Shown here: piece by piece, positions 39,738 through 51,978 of the stretch
How the letters are laid out: each line of letters starts with the position of its first letter
Position numbering within the stretch: position 1 is the first letter of the stretch
Source: Dendrobates tinctorius
Lineage: Eukaryota
Assembly (NCBI RefSeq): GCF_039654945.1
Contig: NW_027361767.1
Location: 10,168,001 to 10,232,000, forward strand
DNA length: 64,000 bases
Direction: 5' to 3'
Notes under the pieces: model-generated
Seen by the model: the letters and a program-made list of their open reading frames with translations, nothing else
What the model was told of the DNA's origin: nothing
Database searches by the model: none
Position numbers and translations under genes: made by a program

Positions 39738-40186
39738 TAGTCCCATGTTTGAGACTCTTAAATGAGGCTCCACTGACTTTATTTGCATATTCGTATTTCC
39801 CAGGGAGCATTGCACCTAGGATTTCACTGATTGAGCACCTTTGCTGGCTGCCGCAGTGTTTTCTTTGACTGGTCTTCCTGAGGTCAGTGATTGTTTCGTG
39901 ATGTTGGTCTACTTGGCATTGCTCCCACCTAGCCAGAATCCTAGTCCACAGTGATGAGGGGCAACACCCTGAAACAGCTGTCTGTGGTTGGATACCTGGC
40001 CTTGGTATTTCCCTTGTCATATCTGTAAACTCGTAACGAGCTGGATATTGACTTAAAGGGCAACTTAATATGGTGGTAATGGTGGTTTCCGAAAGGAGCC
40101 ATCCCTTGACTGGGTCCTTCCCTGGAGGAAGATCTGGCTAGTCCCGTGTTTGAGACTCATAAATGAGGCTCCACGGACTTTATTTG
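39738..40186 (+). mobile_element. 401-bp-period hammerhead-containing repeat (retrozyme/satellite-2-like)
   Basis: 48-bp direct repeats 39738-39785 and 40139-40186 flank a type I hammerhead. Confidence 0.75.
39946..39987 (+). ncRNA. Type I hammerhead ribozyme, C3-to-G variant
   Basis: CCACA-gTGATGA-GGGG(caaca)CCCT-GAA-ACAGCTGT-C-TGTGG; stem I extends (gccagaatcc/ggatacctggc). Confidence 0.8.
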
Positions 40187-41154
40187 GTTACAGAGAGTAG
40201 TGGAGCTGGACAGGTTGATGGAAGTTACCCACCTGATGACGATAATTGGGAACCTGGGATTACTGGCTGGGAGCATATAATTGAGCTGGCTGCTCTTGGA
40301 GGTTGGTGCCCTTGTTTTTACAACAAGTGGTTTGTTTGCACGGGATTCCTGAGAACATTGTGTCGGACAGAGGGGTCCAGTTTGCTTCCAGATTTTGGAG
40401 GGCTTTTTGTTCCAAACTGGGAATTCAGTTGTCTTTCTCCTCTGCATTTCATCCTCAGACCAATGGGCAGACTGAGAGAACAAACCAGACGTTGGAGTCC
40501 TATTTAAGATGTTTCATATCTGCTGATCAGGATGATTGGGTCTCGTTTTTGCTCTTGGCCGAATTCACGCTAAACAATAGGACTAGCTCTGCCACTTTGA
40601 TGTCTCCTTTCTTTTGTAACTTTGGGTTTCAGCCTCAATTTTCTTCGGTGCAGGTAGAAGCTTCTGCCTGCCCAGGTGTGGTTTCTGTGGTAGGGAGAAT
40701 GCAGCAGATTTGGGACCAAGCAGTGGATAAGTTGTCCCACTCTCAGGAAAAAGCCCAACGGTTTTCCAACTGGTATAGGACCATTGGTCCCTGGTGTAAA
40801 GTGGGTGATTTGGTTTGGTTGTCCTCAAAAAATATTCCCATGAAGGTTGCATCTCCAAAGTTCAAGCCAAGGTTTATTGGACCTTAACCCCGTTACTTTC
40901 CGTTTGGCTCTTCCAGTTACGATTAAGATTCATAACGTTTTTCATAAATCTTTGTTGAAAAGGTTTGTGGAGCCAGTCGTTCCCATGGCAGTGCCCCCTG
41001 ACCCTGTACTGGTTAAGGCTAATTTGGAGTATGGGGTAGAGACAGGGCCGTATTTAGAGTTTATGCTGCCCTAGGCACTTTTAGTGCTGCCTTCCCCATT
41101 GGTGAGTACGACTAATGCAGACACTTTGGCAAAAATCGCTGATGTTAAAGTAGC

Positions 41155-41775
41155 CTTTCTCCCTAGTGCAGCCATCACCCCAGTGCAGCCGTCTCCCCAG
41201 TGCAGCCGTCTCCCCAGTGCAGCCATCTCCCTAGTGCAGCCATCTCCCCAGTACAGCCGTCTCCCCAGTGCAGCCGCCTCCCCAGTGCAGCCATCTCCCC
41301 AGTGCAGCCGTCTCCCCAGTGCAGCCGTCTCCCCAGTGCAGCCATCTCCCCAGTGCAGCCATCTCCCCAGTGCAGCCATCTCCCTAGTGCAGCCATCTCC
41401 TCAGTGCACCCGTCTCCCCAGTGCACCCGTCTCCACAGTGCACCCGTTTCCCCGGTGCAGCCATCTCCCCAGTGCAACGTCTCCACCATGCAGCCCTCTC
41501 CACAGTGCAGCTGACTCCTCAGTGCACCCATCTCCCTAGTGCAGCCGTCTTCTCAGTGCACCCGTGTCCCCAGTGCAGCCATCTCCTCAGTGCACCCATC
41601 ACCCTAGTGCAGCCGTCTCCACACTGCAGCCGTCTCCACAGTGGAGCCGTCTCCACAGTGGAGCCGTCTCCACAGTGCACCTGTCTCCACAGTGCACCCA
41701 TCTCCCCAGTGCACTCATCTCCTTAGTGCACCCATCTCCTCAGTGCAGCCATCTCTTCAGTGCAGCCATATCCCC
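41155..41775 (+). repeat. 17-bp minisatellite (CCCAGTGCAGCCRTCTC)
   Basis: More than 30 tandem units. Confidence 0.93.
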
Positions 41776-44465
41776 GATGGGCTCATTCACATCTCCCCCC
41801 TCCCTCCCCGCTGGGCTCATTCTCATCTCCCCCCTCCCTCCCTGCTGGGCTCATACTCATCCCCTCCCCGCTCATACTCATCTCCCCCCAGGCTCATACT
41901 CATCTCCCCCCTCCCTCCCTGCTGGGCTCATTCTCATCTCCCCCCTCCCTCCCCACTGGGCTCATTCTCACCTCCCCCCACCCTCCCCGCTGGGCTCATT
42001 CTCATCTCCCCCCTCCCTCCCCACTGGGCTCATTCTCATCTCCCCCCTCCCTCCCCAATGGGCTCATTCTCACCTCCCCCCACCCTCCCCGCTGGGCTCA
42101 TTCTCATCTCCCTCCTCCCTCCCTGCTGGGCTCATTCTCATCTCCCTCCTCCCTCCCCACTGGGCTCATTCTCATCTCCCCCCTCCCTCCCCACTGGGCT
42201 CATTCTCATCTCCCTCCTCCCTCCCCGCTGGGCTCATTCTCATCTCCCTCCTCCCTCCATGCTGGGCTCATTCTCATCTCCCTCCTCCCTCCCCTCTGGG
42301 CTCATTCTCATCTCCCCCCTCTCTCCCCTCTGGGCTCATTCTCATCTCCCCCCTCTCTCCCCGCTGGGCTCATTCTCATCTCCCTCCTCCCTCCCCGCTG
42401 GGCTCATTCTCATCTCCCTCCTCCCTCCCCGCTGGGCTCATTCTCATCTCCCCCCCTCCCTCCCCGCTGGGCTCATTCTCATCTCCCCCCCTCCCTCCCC
42501 GCTGGGCTCATTCTCATCTCCCTCCTCCCTCCCCACTGGGCTCATTCTCATCTCCCTCCTCCCTCACCCCCAGGCTCATGGTCATCTCCCCCCTCCCTTC
42601 CCGCTGGGCTCATTCTCATCTCCCTCCTCCCTCCCCGCTGGGCTCATTCTCATCTCCCCCCTTCCTCCCTGCTGGGCTCATACTCATCCCCTACCCCGCT
42701 CATATTCATTCCCCCCAGGCTCATACTCATCTTCCCCCTCCCTCCCCTCTGGGCTCATACTCATCTTCCCCCTGGGGCTCATACTCATCTCCCATCCCCC
42801 AGCGCAAACTCATCTTCCCCCCCCGAGCTCATACTCATCTCCCCCCCTCGGGCTCATACTCATCTCCCCCCTCCCTCCCCTCTGGGATCATACTCATCTC
42901 CCCCGCTCATATTCATCCCCCCCAGGCTCATTCTCATCTCCCCCCTCCGCGCTGGGCTCATTCTCGTCTCCCTCCTCCCTCCCCACTGGACTCATTCTCA
43001 TCTTCCTCCTCCTTCCCCGTTGGGCTCATTCTCATCTCCCTCCTCCATCCCTGTTGGGATCATTCTCATCTGCCCCCTCCCTCCCCGCTGGGCTCATTCT
43101 CATCTCCCTCCTCCCTCCCCACTGGGCTCATTCTCATCTCCCCCCCTCCATCCCCGCTGGGTTCATTCTCATCTGCCCCCTCCCTCCCCACTGGGCTCAT
43201 TCTCATCTCCCCCCTCCCTCCCCACTGGGCTCATTCTCATCTCCCTCCTCCCTCCCCACTGGGCTCATTCTCATCTCCCTCCTCCCTCCATGCTGGGCTC
43301 ATTCTCATCTCCCTCCTCCCTCCCCTCTGGGCTCATTCTCATCTCCCCCCTCTCTCCCCTCTGGGCTCATTCTCATCTCCCCCCTCTCTCCCCGCTGGGC
43401 TCATTCTCATCTCCCTCCTCCCTCCCCGCTGGGCTCATTCTCATCTCCCTCCTCCCTCCCCGCTGGGCTCATTCTCATCTCCCCCCCTCCCTCCCCGCTG
43501 GGCTCATTCTCATCTCCCTCCTCCTTCCCCACTGGGCTCATTCTCATCTCCCTCCTCCCTCACCCCCAGGCTCATGGTCATCTCCCCCCTCCCTTCCCGC
43601 TGGGCTCATTCTCATCTCCCTCCCCCCTCCCCGCTGGGCTCATTCTCATCTCCCCCCTCCCTCCCTGCTGGGCTCATACTCATCCCCTCCCCCGCTCATA
43701 TTCATTCCCCCCAGGCTCATACTCATCTTCCCCCTCCCTCCCCTCTGGGCTCATACTCATCTTCCCCCTGGGGCTCATACTCATCTCCCATCCCCCCAGC
43801 GCAAACTCATCTCCCCCCCCGAGCTCATACTCATCTCCCCCCTCCCTCTCCTCTGGGATCATACTCATCTCCCCAGCTCATATTCATCCCCCCCAGGCTC
43901 ATTCTCATCTCCCCCCTCCGCGCTGGGCTCATTCTCGTCTCCCTCCTCCCTCCCCACTGGACTCATTCTCATCTTCCTCCTCCCTCCCCGCTGGGCTCAT
44001 TCTCATCTCCCTCCTCCATCCCTGTTGGGATCATTCTCATCTGCCCCCTCCCTCCCCGCTGGGCTCATTCTCATCTCCCTCCTCCCTCCCCACTGGGCTC
44101 ATTCTCATCTCCCCCCTCCATCCCCGCTGGGTTCATTCTCATCTGCCCCCTCCCTCCCCGCTGGGCTCATTCTCATCTCCCCCCTCCCTCCCTCCCTGCT
44201 GGGCTCATTCTCATCCCCTCCCCCCCCCCTCATACTCATCTCCCCCCAGGTTCATACTCATCTTTCCCCTGGGCTCATACTCATCTCCCCCTCTCGTCTG
44301 GGCTCATACTCATCTCCCCCCGCTCATATTCATCCCCCCCAGGCTCATACTCATCTCCCCCCTCCCCTCTGGGCTCATACTCATCTCCCATTCCCCCACT
44401 CATACTCACCTCTCCCCCCCGGGCTCATAATCATCCCCCCCGGGCTCATACTCATCTCCCCCTCC
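41776..44465 (+). repeat. C-rich ~34-bp minisatellite (CTGGGCTCATTCTCATCTCCCYCCTCCCTCCCCR)
   Basis: About 2.7 kb of tandem units with larger repeated blocks. Confidence 0.95.
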
Positions 44466-46659
44466 CTGTATGCATGGCTGGGCTGAGGGCTCACCTTGCG
44501 CGGTGCCTGTATGTTTACCGCTCCAGGCGCTGGCATTCTTCCTGTGTCACAGGCTGTGTGTGTGAGCGGTCACGTGATACCGCTCATTAAGGCCCATGAA
44601 TATGGATGCCACGCCTATGGGAGAGGAGTGGCATCCATATTCATTACTGTAATGAGTGGTATCACGTGGTCGCTCACACACACACAGTTTGTGACACAGA
44701 AAGAATGCCGGAAACCTTCGGAGCCGCAGGCACCGCTGGAGGTGAGTATGATGTCTTCAAGAGGGGAGGAGAGGGGAGGAGAGGAGAGGGGAGCAGAGGG
44801 GAGGATCCAACCCGGACTTGAACTTCCATTAAAAAAAAACCTTTGCCCAGGTGCCGCCCCACCGCATCGTCCCGCCCTAGGCACATGCCCGTGGGTGCCT
44901 AGTAGCAAATACGGCCCTGGGTAGAGAAGATATTGGATTCTCGTCTGGCTAGACAGAGACTTCAGTACTTGATCAAGTGGAAGGGTTATGGCCAGGAGGA
45001 TAATTCTTGGGTCTCTACTTCTGACATCCATGCCAAGAGATTGATTTGTGCCTTTCACCGGGCCCATCCTGATTGGCCTGGTGGCGTGGATGAGGGTTCG
45101 GTGACCCCCCCCACAAGGGGGGGTACTGTTGTGAATTCCCTTGCTCGGAGTTCTGAGCTGAAGCTCCCTCTGCTCCCTCTGGTGGTTACTGAGATTAGTG
45201 GACGGAAGTTACCCACCTAACAATGATAATTGGGAACCTGGGATTACTGGCTGGGAGCATATAATTGAGTGGGCTGCTCTTGGAGGTTGCTGGTGATTTC
45301 CTCCTTGTGCATTTGGAGTTCTTTTGTCCCCTGCCTTATCTGCATGGTTCAGTTAAGTGATTCTTTTGCTAATCCTTTGCATCTAATCTGGTTGTGCCTT
45401 TTTTTGCTTTCTGCTTCGTTGCTAGGGTTCAGTGTACTCCCTGCTGAGGGCAGTGCTGGGCCCTGCTTCATATGTTACAGCTTGTTCAGTCCCCTGTTAT
45501 GTTAGTATCTTTTTGCTTTGCTTCCAGGTTATACCAGAGTGCTGATCTAGCGGGGGTGAGGTCGTGTGGCCTCAGGTTTTTTGTATATCAGAAGTGTTGG
45601 ACTTTTTTATGGTTTTGTGCGTGATTGCAGACAGTATCTTTTCTGTCCTGTCCTGTCTAGACAGCTTGGGCCCCACCGTTTGCTCAGTCTATTCTCTGCC
45701 TGTGTTTGTGTCTCATCTTGTCTCACCGACAATATATGTTTGGGGGCTGTCTATTCCTTTGGGGATCTACTCCAGGGCAGTTTAGATTTCACCTTTCTGT
45801 CTTTAGGCTTAGTTAGTTCTCCGGCTGTGACAAAGCGTCTTGGGCATCGTAGGTACACTCCACGGCTACTGCTAGTTGTGTTGATAGGATCGGGGTCTGC
45901 AATCCGCTTAGTTACCAACCTCTCTGGTGGCTTAGCCTGTTCCCGCCATCCTCCTCGGTGACCCATTCACAACACTCCACCCTGCACTCTGCTACCCCCT
46001 GCCTGCTCTCTGCTGCCCCCTGCTGCCTCTGCCTGCTCTCTCCTACCCCCTGCCTGCTCTCTGTGTGAGTTGTTTTTTCTAAACTAAAACCTCAGTTTTC
46101 AGGTTAAGTTGCCATGTGCGATAAAAACTTATTAGTTAACTTATAACTTTGCGATAAATAAGTGGGTTTTGGGTTCCAGTTTTGGGCACTCGGCCTCTAA
46201 AAAGTTTTCCATCACTGCCCTAGGTAGTATAAAAGGAGTCGTTAATTTGTAAGTGGCACGGTGACCTCACAAGAATTTGCTGTGGCACATATCTGGGAGC
46301 ACCGAAAGAGAAAATTCTGAGTTCAGCTCTTGCTGTGTGCACACTGCTGACTTCATGTATCCAGTGCAGGCGGCTTGTCTTCGGTACTGAATGCTCGAGA
46401 CGACCTTGGAAATAAACACAGCTGTGTCCTCCTCCATGGTCCATGAAATGTGCGAGAGACCACGTTTACAAGACATACACACATATTTAACACTTTTGGT
46501 TCTTATTCTTGTGGTTTTTAAAAAATGCATTTTCCATTGTGGTTTTTTTTTTTTTTTAAAGATACAGAGGAATCTATTATCCCCTGCTGTCATTGAGCCG
46601 GAATGGAGAAAAGCTGTGGGAACTCCCAGTATAATCCCTGCTCCTATGAACCTTGCTAC

Positions 46660-47800
46660 TTCCACTCTGCCATATAGTGTCAAAATATTATTATCATATA
46701 GTGCTCAAATAAAAAGCTGCATCCAAATAACATGCCATTATAGAGCCCAAATAATCTCATCACATAGTACCAAGACAATACTGCCATACTGACCAATATA
46801 ATACCACTAAATAGAGCCCGGTTAATGAGCAACATACTGCCATATAGTACCAAGATAATACTGTAATATATGTATGCATAATACTACCACATAGAGTCCA
46901 AATAATGTGCACTGCCTAGATAATACTCCCTTATAAGCCCACTTAATAAGGCCATATAGTACTAAGATAATACTGCCATAAACAGTCCGCATAATACCAC
47001 CAGATAGTATCCAAATATTGTACACTATTCAAATAGTCAAATAGTATTCTGTTATAATACCCACATAATACCGCCTTATAGCGGCAAATATTGTGGAGTG
47101 GCCAAATAATACTAACTTATAGAGCACACATAACACCAATATACAATACCAAGATAATAATGCAATACAAGAACCACATGATACTGCCAATATACTGTCA
47201 AAATAAATTGCAGTATCCAAATAATACCCCATTTTAAAACAAAAATAATATTGACATACTGTATATCACACACATCATACCACCACATGGTGTCCAAATA
47301 ATGTGCGATATCCAAATAATGCTCCCTTATAGAGTCCAAAAATACTGTCACATAGTATCAAGATAATACTGCCATATAGTGCATACATGTTACTACCACA
47401 TGGTGTCCAAGTAATGTGCAATATCAAAATAATTTTGGATTATAGCGCCCCAAAAATACTGCCACATGGTTCCAAGATAATACTGCCATATACTGCATAC
47501 ATGATACCACCACTTGATGCCCAAATAAAGTCTAATAGAGCCCACAAAATACTGCCACATAGTATCAAGATAATACTGTCATATTCAGCTGAGATAATAT
47601 CACCGTATAGTTTCCAAATGACATGTACTATCCAGATAATGATCCCTTACAGAGCCCACATGATTTAGCCATATTGTACCAAGATAATGCTTCTATATAC
47701 AGCTCACATAATTATACCACGTTGTGCTCAGATAATGGGCAACACCAAAATAATATTGTCTTAGAGAGCTCACTATAGTTCCTACATCATACTACTATTC
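46660..47800 (+). repeat. Highly degenerate AT-rich minisatellite (ATAATACTGCCATATAGT..CAAG)
   Basis: Recurring ataatactgcca / ccaaataat motifs. Confidence 0.7.
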
Positions 47801-48627
47801 ATTGCAAAACTAATGCTACCATACCCCGCTCACTAATACCGTAGCAGGTGGCTTTATTTTACTCCTGAAGTCCTTTCGGTGATTCCCTGTTGGCCACCCC
47901 ATAAACTTGCCCATTATTGACATATGTTGTCCTTGATTAGACTCACACACATTTTGTATAGACATCTGCTATACCGCCATCCGGTTTACACTAGACTTGA
48001 GCGTTTTGTTAGAAAGAATGCCGTAGTCCAATTAGAAAAAAGCCGGACGGCTCGCTCCAGCCCCAGGCGCTCGGATGTCAAGCCAATATCATAACTTTGA
48101 TGCATAAACAGAACCACATGTGATACTGGAGAGAGGAGACGTTAACAAAACAGGATCGGGATTAAACACAACATAAAACCGTACTGCAGTGAATATTATA
48201 CCAAACCATGCCCTGTTATTTCAGGATTGTGGGTCTTTCATCCTTCACTTATTATACGAGACGTTGGTCAGCGCTCAACTGAGCGTAAACACATTATGAT
48301 GTGCATAAATACAAATGCAAAGACTCGGGGGTGGTTGGGGGTTGGAAAACAGGGCCATTGTCCACCCCCCGGTTTTATTACGGGTCACAATGGGCTGTAT
48401 TCTCAGTACGTAAAGTGTCACCGCCCCGGACCACCAGGAACTTTACCTTTTAACCCAATTATTTTTATCTAAAGGCAAAATATTCTGACACTAAGTGAAA
48501 GTTTTCTTTAGGCACTTAATGATAGCATGTCTGAGAGCTGGGTACTATATGGCGGTATTATTTGGAGAGCAAAATTCTATTTTAAGACCCCCTATGATTC
48601 TCATGATTTCCGTGACTGGAGACCTAA

Positions 48628-49144
48628 GGCCTCTTTCACACATCCGTTTTGCACCGTCAGGCGAGATCCGGCTTTTTTTTGTAAAACCAGATCCGGCGAA
48701 ATGCAATGCCGGATCCAGTTTTTCCCCATTGACTTGTATTAGCGCCGGATGGCATTGCGGTTCATCCGTTTTTTGCCGGATCCGGCTACTTGTCTCATTC
48801 CGGCGTCTGGAAAAAACGGCTACTGTAACGTTTTTTGTCTCCGGCGAAAAAGCTGGAAGCGCCGGATCCGACGCTTCCGGCTTTTTGCCATAATGATAGA
48901 CTATGAGCGCCGGAATGCGCCGGATCTAGAAAAAGATGGATCCAGCCACCAGATCCGTTTTTTTAAGTCTACGCATGATCAGATCCAATTGGCCAGCCCC
49001 CAGGAAACAGATATAACCTGCTAGATGGATCCGGCAAAAAAACGGATCCGTTTCTACAGTTCTCCAAAATTTACGCCGGATCCGTTTTTTCTAAAAATAG
49101 CCGGATCCTGCCTGACGGCAAAAAACTGATGTGTGAAAGTAGCC
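48628..49144. mobile_element. PIF/Harbinger-type MITE
   Basis: TAA TSD on both sides; TIR GGC..CTTTCACACATC; many internal ccggatccg palindromes. Confidence 0.85.
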
Positions 49145-49479
49145 TAACAGATTAGATCCATGATTCTTCTAAGAATAGAAAAAAACTCTCATATAGTGCC
49201 ACAAGAAGTCCTCACATGTCTCTAATATCAGAATATTTGTGGCACGGTCTAAGGGGTTTTTTTCTATTCCTAGAAGAATGATGGATCTGATGTGTTTAGG
49301 TCTCCAGTGAAACAACGGAAGGTGCTTTGTTAGGAGAAAATGGGAATCACGGGATCTCATGAAACAAAGCTGTAGCCCACAAGAAAGCAAAAAGATTCAG
49401 TGATGAGGAACCTGTGAAGCAGAGCTGAGTAGTACAGGATGTTGAAAAGCAGAGCTGGTCTGGCGACCTAGCAGGCAAT

Positions 49480-49930
49480 GCAGCAGTGCTGAGTTTGTCA
49501 CAGCGTCCAATGCAGAACTAGCAACAGTATTGTAGAGTTGACACAACAATACAGCAGAGCTAAGTTTGTCACAGAGTCCAATGCAGAGCTGGCAAGAGTA
49601 TTGTAGAGTTGACACAACAATACAGCAGAGCTGAGTTTGTCACAAAGTCAAATATAGAACTCGCGACTGTATGATACAAGTGACACAACAATACAGCAGA
49701 GCTGAGTTTGTCACAGAGTCAAATGTAAAACTCATAACAGTATGATAGAGTTGACTCAACAATATAGCAGAGCTGAGTTTGTCATAGAGTCCAATGCAGA
49801 ACTATCAGTGGTGCAGCAGAGTTAACTCAGTGATGTAGTAGATCTGTGTTAGTCACAAAGTGCAAGGCAAAGATGGCCAATGGCGTAGCAGAGATACCCA
49901 ACAATATAACAGAGCTTGGTTTGTCACAGA
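49480..49930 (+). repeat. ~71-bp tandem repeat, about 6 copies
   Basis: gagtttgtcacagagtc recurs at about 71-bp spacing. Confidence 0.8.
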
Positions 49931-50372
49931 GTCTTTAGGAAGCAGAAAGGCTGTCCTCCAGTAGCAGCGTGGAAGCCAACTACCTGATTACTCAGGCAGT
50001 GGAATATAGTGTCAGAGGTGCCCTCAGGGTTGCCATGCAAATCTAGAGTGCCAAGGAAAAGAGACAGATGGCGCTGGGTCCAGGAAAGTTGAGTAGCAGG
50101 ATGGAACATGGCACAGCATTCGTATGGAGTTAAGTGCATGTAGAGGTACTATGGGTGCACTGTCACACTTCCATGCAGCGCAAAGGATCACAGAGCCATA
50201 ACAGAAGACCTACATTATTTTATTTACCTGAACATATAATTAGATTTTTGGGGGTCCGTCAGGGATGGAATTGTACGGGTTTCTGTTGAATGTACTGGTA
50301 AAACGATAAAAACCTGATATACTTGTCATCCACTTCCTCTTCTGGAAAAACCTAGGAAGACGAGCAGACATA

Positions 50373-51978
50373 CAGTGGGGCAAAAAAGTATTTAGTCAGT
50401 CAGCAATAGTGCAAGTTCCACCACTTAAAAAGATGAGAGGCGTCTGTAATTTACATCATAGGTAGACCTCAACTATGGGAGACAAACTGAGAAAAAAAAA
50501 TCCAGAAAATCACATTGTCTGTTTTTTTTTCATTTTATTTGCATATTATGGTGGAAAATAAGTATTTGGTCAGAAACAAAATTTCATCTCAATACTTTGT
50601 GATACATCCTTTGTTGGCAATGACAGAGGTCAAACGTTTTCTGTAAGTCTTCACAAGGTTGCCACACACTGTTGTTGGTATGTTGGTCCATTCCTCCATG
50701 CAGATCTCCTCTAGAGCAGTGATGTTTTTGGCTTTTTGCTTGGCAACACGGACTTTCAACTCCCTCCAAAGGTTTTCTATAGGGTTGAGATCTGGAGACT
50801 GGCTAGGCCACTCCGGGACCTTGAAATGCTTCTTACGAAGCCACTCCTTCGTTGCCCTGGCGGTGTGCTTTGGATCATTGTCATGTTGAAAGACCCAGCC
50901 ACGTTTCATCTGCAATGCCCTTGCTGATGGAAGGAGGTTTGCACTCAAAATCTCACGATACATGGCCCCATTCATTCTTTCATGTACCCGGATCAGTCGT
51001 CCTGGCCCCTTTGCAGAGAAACAGCCCCAAAGCATGATGTTTCCACCACCATGCTTTACAGTAGGTATGGTGTTTGATGGATGCAACTCAGTATTCTTTT
51101 TCCTCCAAACACGACAAGTTGTGTTTCTACCAAACAGTTCCAGTTTGGTTTCATCAGACCATAGGACATTCTCCCAAAACTCCTCTGGATCATCCAAATG
51201 CTCTCTAGCAAACTTCAGACGGGCCCAGACATGTACAGGCTTAAGCAGTGGGACACGTCTGGCACTGCAGGATCTGAGTTCATGGTGGCGTAGTGTGTTA
51301 CTTATGGTAGGCCTTGTTACATTGGTCCCAGCTCTCTGCAGTTCATTCACTAGGTCCACCCGCGTGGTTCTGGGATTTTTGCTCACCGTTCTTGTGATCA
51401 TTCTGACCCCACGGGGTGGGATTTTGCGTGGAGCACCAGATCGAGGGAGATTATCAGTGGTCTTGTATGTCTTCCATTTTCTAATTATTGCTCCCACAGT
51501 TGATTTCTTCACTCCAAGCTGGTTGGCTATTGCAGATTCAGTCTTCCCAGCCTGGTGCAGGGCTACAATTTTGTTTCTGGTGTCCTTTGAGAGCTCTTTG
51601 GTCTTCACCATAGTGGAGTTTGGAGTCAGACTGTTTGAGGGTGTGCACAGGTGTCTTTTTATACTGATAACAAGTTTAAACAGGTGCCATTACTACAGGT
51701 AATGAGTGGAGGAAAGAGGAGACTCTTAAAGAAGAAGTTACAGGTCTGTGAGAGCCAGAAATCTTGATTGCTTGTTTCTGACCAAATACTTATTTTCCAC
51801 CATAATATGCAAATAAAATGAAAAAAAAACAGACAATGTGATTTTCTGGGTTTTTTTTTCTCAGTTTGTCTCCCATAGTTGAGGTCTACCTATGATGTAA
51901 ATTACAGACGCCTCTCATCTTTTTAAGTGGTGGAACTTGCACTATTGCTGACTGACTAAATACTTTTTTGCCCCACTG
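50373..51978 (-). mobile_element. Full-length Tc1-family transposon with ~207-bp near-perfect TIRs
   Basis: TA TSDs (50371-72, 51979-80); TIR CAGTGGGGCAAAAAAGTATTTAGTCAG... Confidence 0.97.
50589..51611 (-). CDS. Intact 340-aa DD34E Tc1 transposase
   Basis: Paired-like HTH, GAPRK linker, [22 protein letters not shown] with 34 residues between the second D and E. Confidence 0.96.
   Translation of the reverse strand: MVKTKELSKDTRNKIVALHQAGKTESAIANQLGVKKSTVGAIIRKWKTYKTTDNLPRSGAPRKIPPRGVRMITRTVSKNPRTTRVDLVNELQRAGTNVTRPTISNTLRHHELRSCSARRVPLLKPVHVWARLKFAREHLDDPEEFWENVLWSDETKLELFGRNTTCRVWRKKNTELHPSNTIPTVKHGGGNIMLWGCFSAKGPGRLIRVHERMNGAMYREILSANLLPSARALQMKRGWVFQHDNDPKHTARATKEWLRKKHFKVPEWPSQSPDLNPIENLWRELKVRVAKQKAKNITALEEICMEEWTNIPTTVCGNLVKTYRKRLTSVIANKGCITKY

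Larger units (their letters stand above)
41043..44919. mobile_element. Non-autonomous hAT-type DNA transposon (3.9 kb) carrying minisatellites
   Basis: 13-bp TIR CAGGGCCGTATTT / AAATACGGCCCTG; 8-bp TSD GGTAGAGA (41035-41042 / 44920-44927). Confidence 0.92.
40187..45974 (+). mobile_element. Internally deleted chromoviral Gypsy element E (5' LTR fragment, integrase, chromodomain, 3' LTR), split by hAT
   Basis: 40187-40306 matches the 3' LTR near 45185-45290; IVSDRGVQF, HPQTNGQTERTN; chromodomain YGVE|KILDSR..YLIKWKGYG; PPT; LTR 45127-45974 with TGTTGTGAAT/ATTCACAACA ends. Confidence 0.88.

Noticed and set aside
41564-44590. 908-1008 aa Pro/Ser-rich ORFs in all three plus frames
   Set aside because: Translations of a stop-free C-rich minisatellite inside a hAT element; no domain and no frame preference.
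50962-51702. 246-aa plus-strand ORF
   Set aside because: Antisense shadow of the Tc1 transposase.
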